Shown one piece after another: positions 24,269-35,267 of a stretch of 64,000 nucleotides of DNA (positions are counted from its first letter, which is position 1; each line of letters starts with the position of its first letter). The notes under the pieces are model-generated. The model saw only the letters and a list, made by a program, of their open reading frames with translations, did no database searches and was not told where the DNA came from. The position numbers and the translations under genes were made by a program. The DNA is from Lepidodermella squamata (lineage: Eukaryota; Animalia; Gastrotricha). Location of the stretch: assembly GCA_047495785.1 (NCBI GenBank), contig JBLDXI010000048.1:1178001-1242000 (forward strand). Reading direction: 5' to 3'.

Positions 24269-25235
24269 TTAGGGGCCATAACAATTCATCCAGCCCATTT
24301 TTCGCAATTTCCAAACATTTCCAAAAGCTTTCCAAACTTCGGTACTGTAACCAGCGAAGTCTTCCTGTCCAAACTGTATCCTGTATAGTTTTCGATTGGC
24401 TGGCTGAGACTTCCCTTTGCAGTGCTCAAGGAGTAATTTCACGATTTTAACATGACCCCTTTCTGCAGCATGATGAAGCGGCGACATGCCCGAACTGTCG
24501 CACAATGGCACTGCGGCTCCATTTGCGAGCAGCAACGTTACGATTTCAATGTAACCATCTCGAGCTGCTCCCATCAACACTGTCCAGTTAACTCTGTTTT
24601 GATAGTTAACATCAGCTCCTCGGGATATCAAAAGCTTAAACATTTCGATGTTCTTCGTTTTTGCAGCGAAATAAATCGCGTTTTGGGTATGGATATCGAC
24701 AGTTGTGACATTCGCTCCAGCATTCAGTAAAACCGCAGCCAATTCGACATGTTCATTCCACGCCGCTGCCATGAGAGGTGTGGTATCGTCGCCATCTCCA
24801 GCGTCAACATGAGCGCCTTCTTTCAGAAGAATCCTCGCAATTTCGGCCCGCTTTGCAGAGTGGCCTGTGCAGTAGGCTGTGATGAACAAAAGAGTAAACT
24901 TTTCAACAGCTGGACTTCCGCAACCGTAAAAGTAGTGCGGCCAACGCCAATTTGCGTCGAAATACTCATCCTCTTCGTCCTTGATCTTACGGATGTATGC
25001 TTTGACTCCAGCAACATTAGGCTTCACGTCCAGGCGATTGGCAAGCTGCCAATCTACAGGCTTGAAGTCAGGTCAGCAAAATATCTCTGTTTAAACCAAA
25101 CATCGGTAATAATTCTCAAATTTCAAATAAACAAACGTCATTCATTTCTACAATTTTCCGCGGACAGCATTGCGTCAAATCCATCGCTAGGGATAAGCAT
25201 ACCAAGGTGGAGAGTTGTAGTGATAGGTAAGTCAT
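24269..25235 (-). CDS. Ankyrin-repeat protein with signal-like exon, copy 2 (5' junction uncertain, possibly frameshifted)
   Basis: Body 25027-24269 is paralogous to copy 1 (NWRWPH, FTLLFITAYCT, EIAxILLKEGA.VD, TPLMAA.WN). Exon 1 25235-25137 encodes MTYLSLQLSTLVCLSLAMDLTQCCPRKIVEMND with donor GTTTGT. The nearest acceptor (exon start 25086) is out of frame. Confidence 0.7.
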
Positions 25236-26029
25236 TTCTCAAAACTTTTGTTGACGAATTTGGATAGTTTGAAAGGGCGAAGTGGAATGCGGTGGTGGGA
25301 TCATGGAAGAATTTAACAATTCAAATTAGATTCGAACCCAACCCACTAAATCACATGATAATGCCGGGTTTTTTCTGACCTCCTGATTCTCATGAAGTTA
25401 TTCTCACGAAGTAGAATACAATTATATAAACTCAATTTCAAAAAGTCCTAGCTGGAAACAAACTGCTACGACATTATATGAATAATGATGGAAACGAAAA
25501 TACATTTGAAAGTACGACTTTATTATAGGGCACCGAAATAGCATGAGGAATCTTTGGGTCTCAGTGCCCTCAATTAGGAAGCGCTTATGCATTGCGTGGA
25601 AGTGATTTAACAGAGTGCATCACGTACGTCCGCGTATTGTTTGACCCCTCAAGTATTTGACCCCTTAAAACGGCTCTGAATTGCTATGACAACCTGCAAA
25701 GAAACCTATCGGTTGCAGAATGTATTTTTTAGATCTACTCTCTAAATAAACAAATTAAAAACTAGGTCACGTCATGAAAAAACTTGGCATGTTTTTTTAC
25801 GCGCCGTCAAGATTTGGGTTCCGATTTTCTTTCAAACACACAATAGCTAATTGTTAACCACAATGATTTTTTTTTTCTTGCACCGTCTGAGCAAATACGC
25901 CCACAGATCAGGAGACAGCATCGCATAAATAGGAAACAAATCCAGTATACTTTGTTTTGTTTAGCGTTATAGGCACGTTTTCCAAGACCATTAGAGACAT
26001 TTTTTGTTTTAGTTTTAGAAAATCCCAAA

Positions 26030-26607
26030 ATGAGCCGAATTCATCTTGTTGTCGCACTTGCATTCTTCCTGCTGGGAGCCGTTCTATCGGCCCCGCTAAA
26101 AGTTTGTTGATAAGTTCAGGAATTGCCTGTACCCTAAAATAAATGTTGTATAGTCGGCGGAATCCAGCGAAGAGTTGGCTTCAAACAGTGACTCGAACAG
26201 TGCTGATTCTCAGGAAGACGTAAAGAACCTACTGAAGCGTGACACGAATGCCGCTCTAGACGTTTGTCTACTTTGATATTTTCATACTGCGACTGAAAGC
26301 TTCTATTCTGTTAAATTCAGTCTTCGGCAGAATCCAGCGAAGAAAACGCTGCGCAGAGTGCGGAAGAAGACCAGTCTTCGGAAGAGGACGTTAAAAAGCA
26401 AGTCAAGCGTGACACCCAGGCAGCTCAGCAGGTAGGGTAGTTTGTTCTCGATGGGCACATAACCTGGGAATTTTCCCTCGTTAGGATTCGAGTTCTGCTA
26501 GTAACTCAGCCGGTTCCAGCGTTGAGGCTTCGGCTGAGGTTGGCGCGCAAGCGAGCGCTGAAGATTCATCGGCTGAGTCGTCCGAGGAAATCAAGCCCTC
26601 GGCTTGA
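26030..26607 (+). CDS. Secreted acidic Ser/Glu/Ala-rich precursor protein, paralogue B (137 aa)
   Basis: Exons 26030-26101, 26154-26261, 26321-26431, 26485-26607, identical in length and phase to paralogue A. MSRIHLVVALAFFLLGAVLSAPLK...KRDT...KRDTQ...SSEEIKPSA*. Confidence 0.9.
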
Positions 26608-27112
26608 AAATTTCCCGGCCTTTGTGAACGATTGTAGAACTAAATATCCCGCACCCTATGAATAGTTCATAATTGCATGCTATAAGATTAGTAAAAAATC
26701 TATATCTGAACCTAGCCGGCCAAGATTGACGAATTGGAATAACCGGTGGAGATGAGTAAATCGAGTACGGCAGGTAAACGACATACGAGTTTTGCATCGT
26801 TAAACTTTAAATTTCCACATATAATCGGCCTATGATCTAGTAGGCAATTCAATATTGGTAAGCAATATCAAGTTTTCATTGCAGCCATTCCATCAAATAA
26901 ACTTCCAAATTCTTTGGACTTGGGAGTTATCAGTCATCATCTTCATCGCGTTTTCGTAACCTTCGCATGCGCAAGCCTGTTTTATGGAATACCTGCAGTT
27001 TCCAGAGGACAGAGGACGTGTCTCCATGTTAGCTAAGAAAGTCGACTATATCGGATAAAGCCGGCTCTATCTGGCAAAAAAAAATTAAAAAAAAATAATA
27101 ATAAAAATAATA

Positions 27113-27234
27113 ATGCGCCAATGAAAAATTTTATAAATCAAAATATGTTTGACCCCCATGACCTAGCGGCACCGATACTATGAGGGCATGTGGGTCAAAC
27201 ATATTTTGATTGATAATATTTTTTATTAGCGCAT
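27113..27234. repeat. Inverted repeat / hairpin with ~48-bp arms
   Basis: atcaaaatatgtttgaccc pairs perfectly (19 bp) with gggtcaaacatattttgat; imperfect pairing extends out to atgcgc...gcgcat. Confidence 0.85.
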
Positions 27235-27518
27235 AAAATTAATCAGTGGCACACTCGTCCACCCTCAGCTATTCCTGGTCTGCTAAAAATTTGTCTGCTA
27301 GCCGCAGCGACGTAAGGCGAAGAATCCATGAAAAAGCTACAGCGAATAAATACAACTCGATAATTGTTTCAAGTGTCTGACGGCTAGAAAGAAGCTTAGT
27401 CATCTATGTAAATTGCATGCATGACTTCCTCCTAACAAATAGACCCCGTTTATCTTGATTCCCATTTAGCTGATGGTATAGGAAAAAATTCAACTGTAGA
27501 TAATAGAGCCTGTGCATC

Positions 27519-28215
27519 ATGCTATCGAATAGGTTTCTTTTTCTTCTGATTGTCTCATTTTTGTTTTACTGCAGCTTATTTGCAGCTCCTTTACAGGTAT
27601 TTCACTTGATTTCAATGCATCAAACTAATCTGAATACACACACCGTAACAGGATTCTCCAGATGACGACAGTGGGTTAGTAGATAAAGATTCTAAAGCGG
27701 GAAAATGCCGAAATAACGCCGATGTTTATGATACTGCTGCTGAGGACACATCAGATCTGATTGACCAAGATGACAACTTGATCTCAGAGGCAGATGATCT
27801 CAACAACCAGCATCTGATTTTCAAGAGAGCTCCAGGGAAATCAAAGGAAAAGGGCGATAAGAGCAAGCATGGAAAGAGTAAAGAGAAAAAGGATTCGAAG
27901 GAAGACAAAAGCAAGTCCAAGGAGCGCAAAACCAAGCCAACTTCAACCTCGAGCACAACCACGTCGACAACATCTACCACGCCCACATCTACCTCCTCTA
28001 CTACGTCAACTTCAACTTCTACCTCAACCTCAACTACAACAGCTACAACAACTTCAACTAAATCAGCATCGACAACTGCTTCGCCTCAATCGACTCCGAC
28101 TTCAACTGCTAAAAATCAGGCGACAACATCAAGGTCTGAACTTAGCATCCTCCTGTTACTCGCAATTGCATTCCCCTCTGTTTTGGGTTTTGGCCAACTG
28201 TGCTTGACCTTTTGA
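27519..28215 (+). CDS. Secreted/GPI-like protein: acidic N-region, Lys-rich block, Ser/Thr stalk, hydrophobic tail (~213 aa)
   Basis: Exon 1 27519-27596 (MLSNRFLFLLIVSFLFYCSLFAAPLQ, donor GTATTT); exon 2 27652-28215 in frame with track ORF 27778..28215. AATAAA directly after the stop. Confidence 0.85.
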
Positions 28216-28730
28216 CAATAAAAAGAGGTATCTTGCTAATCCAGAATGGACCCTCTCCTTTTCATTCGAAATCAGAATTAATTTGTTATCTATCTCTTTA
28301 GCTAGACTGGAAACATTGGCAAATGAGAAGCTCGCTCTAGAAAAGCAGCGACAGGCAATTCTGAATGTACAGCCTTCATCGACTTGAATCACGATCCAAA
28401 AAACGAGTTGCCCACCCTACAAGAACGTGATTACCTCGCCGAAAATATCCATGGTTTACCTTTCAGTTGACAAGTACATATTTTTTATTGAATCTTGCGA
28501 GTGATACTTACCTTGTAAAAATAAATGACTGCTTAGCCTCATATAAAAAGACTCGACCACTTCGGTTTAGGCAAACACAGGCTCGCATTACTCTCTTTCA
28601 GGCAAACCTGAGATTATTTACTAGTAACGATGATTCTTGAGTGGCGCAGATGCTTTTTTCACTGCACTACATGTCCTACAGGGTATTAAATCGCTACCGA
28701 GTTGGCATTACGGCGGGAAGTTTCTGATCC

Positions 28731-29264
28731 ATGAAAGGCGTGTCTTTTCAGCTGCTTCCACAGGAAGTAGTAAGAATACCGCACCAACATGGCGGAAGTC
28801 AAGTCCTTGTCCAGTTCAACGCACCCGAGCCGGAGACGCCCCGGAGAAATTCATGCTGTTCAGCTAATTCCTTACTTCAACTTTTCGCCTTTTTCTTATT
28901 CATCGTATGGCTGGTTGTTTTGCTGAAATTTGTCCCTTTTCCTGGGCCAATTGATCAAGATTCATGTGAAAATTGCCAAGAGTACAATCCGGCTGCGATG
29001 CAGAACGAACTAAACAGGTTATCTCGCCAACTCAACTACACTTTGGAGGTATTTTTTTGAAAAATGTCCCGACATTGATAAAAAAAATATGTTCAATAGG
29101 ATTTTCAGCAAATTAGACGAAGGAATGCGTCCTCGGCAATTATTGCCCAGATTAGCCATTACCATTTCGATGAAACGGGTGCGCAATCTGCGGAAGAAAA
29201 TGATGACTATGAAGACGAAAGTGAAGAATCAGTCGGAATTGGCTCTGTGATTACTCCAGACTAA
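28731..29264 (+). CDS. Small type II membrane protein with short coiled coil and acidic tail (~160 aa)
   Basis: Exons 28731-29048 and 29100-29264 (phase 0, 51-nt intron). TM LLQLFAFFLFIVWLVVLL, CENC, heptad MQNELNRLSRQLNYTLEDF, basic RRR, tail QSAEENDDYEDESEES. AATAAA near 29295. Confidence 0.75.
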
Positions 29265-29328
29265 CAATTGTCTTTTATTTAAGCTGGAATGTCAAATAAA
29301 ATTATCACTTTGCTTTCGTCATTATTGG

Positions 29329-30131
29329 TTAACTATCTGGCTCATTGAGAGCCCCATCTCGTCGCCATGGCCGATTTCCACCGCTCGGATATCTTTCGCG
29401 GCTTCTGTCGTTGTGATAGTTGTTATTGTTCCCGCCTAAACCGACGCTGACAGAAAACCCCGGTGTTAACTGATAAGTAATTGAAGCTGGCGGCCTTGGT
29501 CTTTGCGGTGGTCTGTTGTAAACCACAACGGTAGCTGTTATTTAGACAATAATCCACTTTAAAGATGAATATTCTGACTCTTAGAATGACTCACGTGGAG
29601 AGGGTGCGATAGGTCGATATACTACCACAGGTGGCGGCGGAGGGGGAGGGTTGTAGACGGGAACTGGGTAGTAAGTCGGAGGGGGTGGTGGCCTATAGAT
29701 AACCACTGGAGGTGGGGGTGGCGGCGGTGGATAGTAAACAGCAGGGGGTTGATAATACCCATCACTGGCCGCATCTCCGTCCCATACCCAAGTTGGGCCA
29801 GGGGCTGAAAAGTGAACATTTCAAGAAAACTTGTGCATTCAAAGCGCTTTTCTTACAGTTTACGTAGACTGGTGGGGCAGGGGCAGGCGGAGGTACCTGT
29901 AAAAGCTCTAATGATCGGAGAACTCAGATCGTAACGCATCCTTACATAAACAGTGTCTCCATTTGGAAGATAGATGATCTGTTGAGGTCGCCGTGTTGTT
30001 CTTCTAATGATGTACGTATTAGGATCGCCATCATCAGTCTGAACAATCACAAGACTGCGATTTGTCTGTGAGTTTTGAGCTGTCGCGAAGGATAGACAGC
30101 ATCCTAGGATGAGGCAAACAGCTTTCAACAT
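29329..30131 (-). CDS. Secreted Pro/Tyr/Val-rich (extensin-like composition) structural protein (~213 aa)
   Basis: Exons 30131-29946, 29896-29857, 29804-29595, 29534-29329 with consistent phases. Signal MLKAVCLILGCCLSFATA; repeats VYYPPPPPPPP, VVIYRPPPPP, VYNPPPPPPP, VVVYRP. Confidence 0.85.
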
Positions 30132-31276
30132 GATTTTTCACAGAAATTCAACAAGTGAAGGAAAGAAGGGTTCTTACACCAAACCATCAGCACGCATTAT
30201 TCGTGTTCAAGTTTTTTCTCTGCTTTGGCAGTGTGTCTGACTCTTTCTCAAGCTAAAGCCGCGTTATTTAGATTCCCTGAGATTCACGGATAACAGCCAC
30301 GTGTTACTTGATGAGAAGAGTAATCCATTCAAATTAGCATCTGCCCCCATGAACACGACGCATATCGGTGTTTAAAGTTCATTTCATTTTATTTTAGTAT
30401 CCTTGGAAGTTGGTGATTCATTCAGAAATTTCAAGAATGACGAAGAAGAATACACGGCGTATGAAAATTTCACGGCCCATTTAGTGTGGTTTCGGTGTTT
30501 ATGATACGGTCATCATGTATGCTAATGTCACCTGCTGCCTCGCTAGAACGCACAAATTACAAGCATGGCAGGAAAGAAGAAAACCGCACACATATACCTG
30601 GATAGCTCGATTATTCATTGGTGCAAGGTACGCGCATCTTTTTCCAGGCATATGTCCAGGCATACCCATGACTAGCCTCTGTGCCGAACGTGTGCTCGCT
30701 AATGAGACATCGCATATTCGCCGCGTTCCTATGTGATGATACGCCCACCTGACAGCGAACAAAAACCCATCGCGCTGTGTTTACGCGCATACATTTGGCT
30801 ACTACGCCGAAGGCCATTTTACGCCACACAGCGATGAGACAATGAGAAAAAATGCGGCAATGTATTGTCCCTACAACCTACGTACTTGTTATGTGATTAT
30901 AGGGGTTTAACCTAATTTTGAAAAATTCAGAAAAAAATCTGAATAACTCAATCTTAAATGTCCTCATTTCGGATTTACTGAGAGATTATTCGGAATTTTT
31001 ATAGATTTTTGCGATAATTTTTCGGATGATTCCAGTTCTGGCAGCTTTTTTTGAATAAAAGAACCATTTTCCTATTTGGCCATGGTCAATAACAATAAAA
31101 AATAAGCCGTGTGGCCGCGACTGGGCTCAGGCTTCGGCATATTACCTACGGATAAGATGATAGTAAACACGCCTCTCTGCGTACACGTCGTTGTAATTAA
31201 CTAGCGCTTCTGAGCAAGAGTCGGCATCGCGACACGAAGTTATAACAAGACACCTCTGCGCGGCGCATACCGCAGA

Positions 31277-34200
31277 ATGGCGCGGTCCGATAGTTGCACT
31301 CACCCATATGCGGCGACGTGCTGGCTCTTGATCGCTCTCATATCGGCAACTGTTTCCTTGCCGCTAAAGGTGAGTTTGCACCCTTCAAATTTGTTACCTT
31401 TTGAACTCAATGATCCTGTTGTAGGAAAAGAAGTACGATGATGGTTTTGTCATGATTTTCGGCGCCGATTTAGCCTCAGATTTAGCCAATAGGCCGATTT
31501 ATGTGGCGAAAGAGGAACGAAGCAGGGTGGTTAAGCAGTACCAACGGGAGACTACTACCAGATCGAAGACTTTCACTCACCCTAATGTACCGAATAACTA
31601 CCAGTTGGATCAAGTTTGCAACGGCTGGTTAAATGAGCAAATAGCAGCATTAAGCCGGACAACGTGGAAATTTCCGGATATTTTCGCGACAAGTGGCACT
31701 ACGCCACGGACGACTACAACGAAGAAACCAGAGGAGTGGGAGTTCTTTTTCGAGGACACTACCGTACGTCGAACCACCCAGAGAAAAACTACTCCGAACG
31801 ATCTGCGAACACGAACTCCGCATCAATCGACTGACGATTGGACTGTTTTCATCGAGGAAATCACTCAAAGTCATACTACGCCTCAAACGATGACGAAGAC
31901 TACAAATTGGTGGGAAGATCAGTGGGCTAGACGAACTACTACAACTAAAGAAATTATTCATAATCCTTTCTTCAGTACAACACCTTCAAAGAGGCCGACT
32001 TCCACTACAGAGAGAATTGAAGACACCGCTACAACTTTAATTTTAGTTGAGGAGACCACTGCTGCGAGGGAGACCGAATCGATCACTCAAAGGCTGACAA
32101 CGACCCTGCTGGTCACTAAGGAAGCTGAGACAACCACTCATCAAGCTGAAACTACGATGATTGCGACCACGGAGATGCCTACTCAAACCACAGGAAAATC
32201 CCGAAATCAAGAAACGACGTTGAGAACATTAACAACTGGAGCTTACGAGACTACGGCCGAGCCAGAAATGACGACTGTAGTAAAGGATTTTGAAACTACT
32301 TCGATTGCTCATACTACGCCAGTGGTTGAAACCACGAAATCACCTACGACGTTGAGATCTGGATCGACTTTTGCGGCTACTTCAACTCAGCAAGTTAAGC
32401 AAGGCTTCGAAACTACTATTAGACTGAATATGGACAAAGGAACCACAGCTGGGCAATTAACGACCCAGGTTATTACGACTTTGAGATCTACTCCGGCTGA
32501 GGCTACTACGATTCTAGAAGAAACTACTGCTGCCATTACTACGGCAGAAACAACTAATCAACCAGAGACTACTCATGCAGTATCGACTGCGGCTCCGTCA
32601 ACACTTCAGCTGACGACAACGACTCCGGTAACAACAACTACTACTGCTACTGTTACTGTTGCCAAAACCACTGAAATGCCAACGACAACTACTCCACTGG
32701 CAAAAACGGCCACAACTACTGTAACTATTCCAACAACCACTGAACGGTCTACAACGACTACTACTGTTACTACAACCAAGGCTACGACCACGACTACCCA
32801 AGCTCCAACTACGATTGCTTCAACTATGGCTGCAACAACAGCTCAAGAAACGACATCCCAAATCTTGACTTCAAAGCTATTAGCTGAAACCACTACAGCT
32901 CACAATGAGGTTACAGCGACGAGAAGAGACCCGATAACAGTCATCGGAGTTGCTCAGCAAACAGCTAAAATCGAGACGACAGCTGTTGCTTCAACTACAT
33001 TGGCAAATAAGGAGACGACGGTTTATCCTTCGACTGAAGCGCCTGCGACTACTCAGGTTTCAACCACGATCCACCACGAAACTTCGAAACCTCTGTTTGA
33101 TATGATGGATTTGAGCAATGTTACTGATATTCATGCGCAGAATGTTAGCAGGCCACCTGTCATACTCTGGCCTGCTGGAGGAAGGGTTACTCTACAGCCG
33201 CTTGAAACTCAAAAGCCTTCTAGAGCTTCTACAGTTGGCGTTACGGTTACTGAGAGCAGTTACATTTCGAACTACAGCAGATCGACTGTTCCTGAAATCA
33301 GAATAACCACCTCTGCCGAAAATAGGTCTTCTGAGGTCACTACAACTTCAGCGTATCACACTACAGCAGTTTCAAGCACTGCCAGCAGACTAGAAACAAC
33401 TGCTTCAGTTTCTGCTAATGTGACTACGACGCCTTACAAGGCTAATGGAACTAGACCAGTGATTCCGGACATTAGAATAACCCCAGGGTCTTGGTGGTTG
33501 AGCCAACAACAATCTACAACCACAACTCAGAAGACATCAATTGAGGGAAATACCACTGTACATACCACTGCACATACCACTCAGCAGTCAATTTCGAGTC
33601 ACGCAACAAGTACTTCGTCATATTCCGTCACTACGGCTGAGGTTACCCATTCAGCTTCGAATCACAGCCGACCCGCGATTCCAGAGATACGAATTACTAG
33701 TGAGAAGGCAAACTCAAGCTCCACAACATCCCGTCCTCTGAATGTAACCAGCTCAACGTCTTCTTCTGAAACTGTTACTTCAAGTTCCTCTCAAACGACT
33801 GCAGAGCTGCTCACGACGACCAACTACAAAGCTGGGTCTAGGGAGCCTATCCCAGAAGTTCATATTACTCGTCCTACGAGCACCGAGAATCAAACTTCCA
33901 AGGCATCAAACTACACCGGCACGACCTCATCTCCAGAATCAACAACTTACCACTTGGGAACGAGAGGCAACGTACCTGAGGTTCATGTCACTCGACCTAC
34001 GAGCGTCGAAAATCAAACGTCCAAGGTATCAAACTACACAGGTACGACCTCATCTCCAGAATCGACAACTTATCACTTAGGGACGAGAGGCAGCATTCCT
34101 GAGATTCATGTCACACACCCTCCTAGCTCAGAAAACCATACATCAGTCCTACATACGCCGAGTCAACTGAATCAAACCGAAATTTCGTGGTCTGAGATTA

Positions 34201-34625
34201 CTGCTGCTTGGTCGACCACTTCAACTACTCCTCGTAATGTAACAAGAGGAGAAGTACCAGAGATTCGAGTGACTGGTACCTCAACTAGTACAACCCAATC
34301 GAAATATGAGGAAACGACCAAGGTAGTTGCTTCTACCACCTCAAAGGCTGCGTTTCATGGAGTTCGGGTCGAAGTGGCTCCCGCGGCAAATACAACGCAT
34401 AATCATGAGACGACAACAAGTCGAACGACTCTACCTATTGAGGAAATTTTGTTGGAAGATGTAGGAGGCAATTCTACGAACTTCACGGTTCCTGAGATCA
34501 AAATTTCAACCGGTTCACCCCAGGCGTCGCGGAATTCGGCGCCGAGTCTACTAGTATTTTCTGTTCACCCTATTGTGACATTATTAGTTTTAGTTTTAAC
34601 CAACCTCAAATCCCGGATCATGTAA
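31277..34625 (+). CDS. Large Thr/Ser-rich mucin-like surface protein with hydrophobic (GPI-like) C-terminus (~1097 aa)
   Basis: Exon 1 31277-31369 (...CWLLIALISATVSLPLK, donor GTGAGT); exon 2 31425-34625 in frame with the 1057-aa ORF. Thr-rich, many NxS/T sequons, 41-aa (123-bp) internal duplication, hydrophobic tail. Confidence 0.9.
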
Positions 34626-34715
34626 AAACCTGACTTCATGTTTATAGTTTTACAACTCTGTGCTGTGTTTCGGTATTTTATAAAACTTTGAAAAATAAAG
34701 GTGACAAATAAAGGT

Positions 34716-35267
34716 TCATTTTCTCGGCCTAACGCCTTGCTGGTTCAACTGTGACGTGTAAGATCTCCAGTCGTTGACCCATTGAGGAGGCGGCTGAGGT
34801 CTGTAGACCACTGCTGGCGGCGTTTGGGGTCGATAGATGTAGACTGCCTGAGGCGCCGGTGCTGGCTTGTAGATGAAATGAATGGATCCTGATTCATGGT
34901 GAGGATAAGCCGAGCCTTCGTAGATGTAAACTGTGGGTGGACGAGGTTTCCACTCCGGAGCTGGGGGTGGTAAAGTAGCCGGGACGTAGAATACCTGGGG
35001 TCGAGTCGTTGGATCTGGACCTGGATTCGGTTGATAGTATAACGGTGAAGGAGCTGGGGCTGGTCTGATGCGCAAAATGTCATGGCCGTAATCATCATCA
35101 TCGTAGGTTGGAGTTAGCATAGGAGGAACATAATCATAGCCATCCACTTCTGTAATCGGGGTAAATTCAAAATTAAGACTGGTGAACCACGAAAACTAAC
35201 CTCTCAGCAAAGCGTTGGTTCTAACGCAAGCTATTAGTAAAATAATAATATACCTGGTATACCACAT
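34716..35267 (-). CDS. Secreted Pro/Tyr/Val-rich protein (~166 aa)
   Basis: Exon 1 35267-35201 (MWYTRYIIILLIACVRTNALLR, phase 1, donor GTTAGT); exon 2 35149-34716. Motifs PTVYIY, QAVYIYRP, PPAVVYRPQPPP resemble the gene at 29329-30131. Confidence 0.85.

Noticed and set aside
28302-28387. Possible extra exon (RLETLANEKLALEKQRQAIL...) after the Lys-rich gene
   Set aside because: An acceptor is present but I found no convincing phase-compatible donor; it cannot be assigned.
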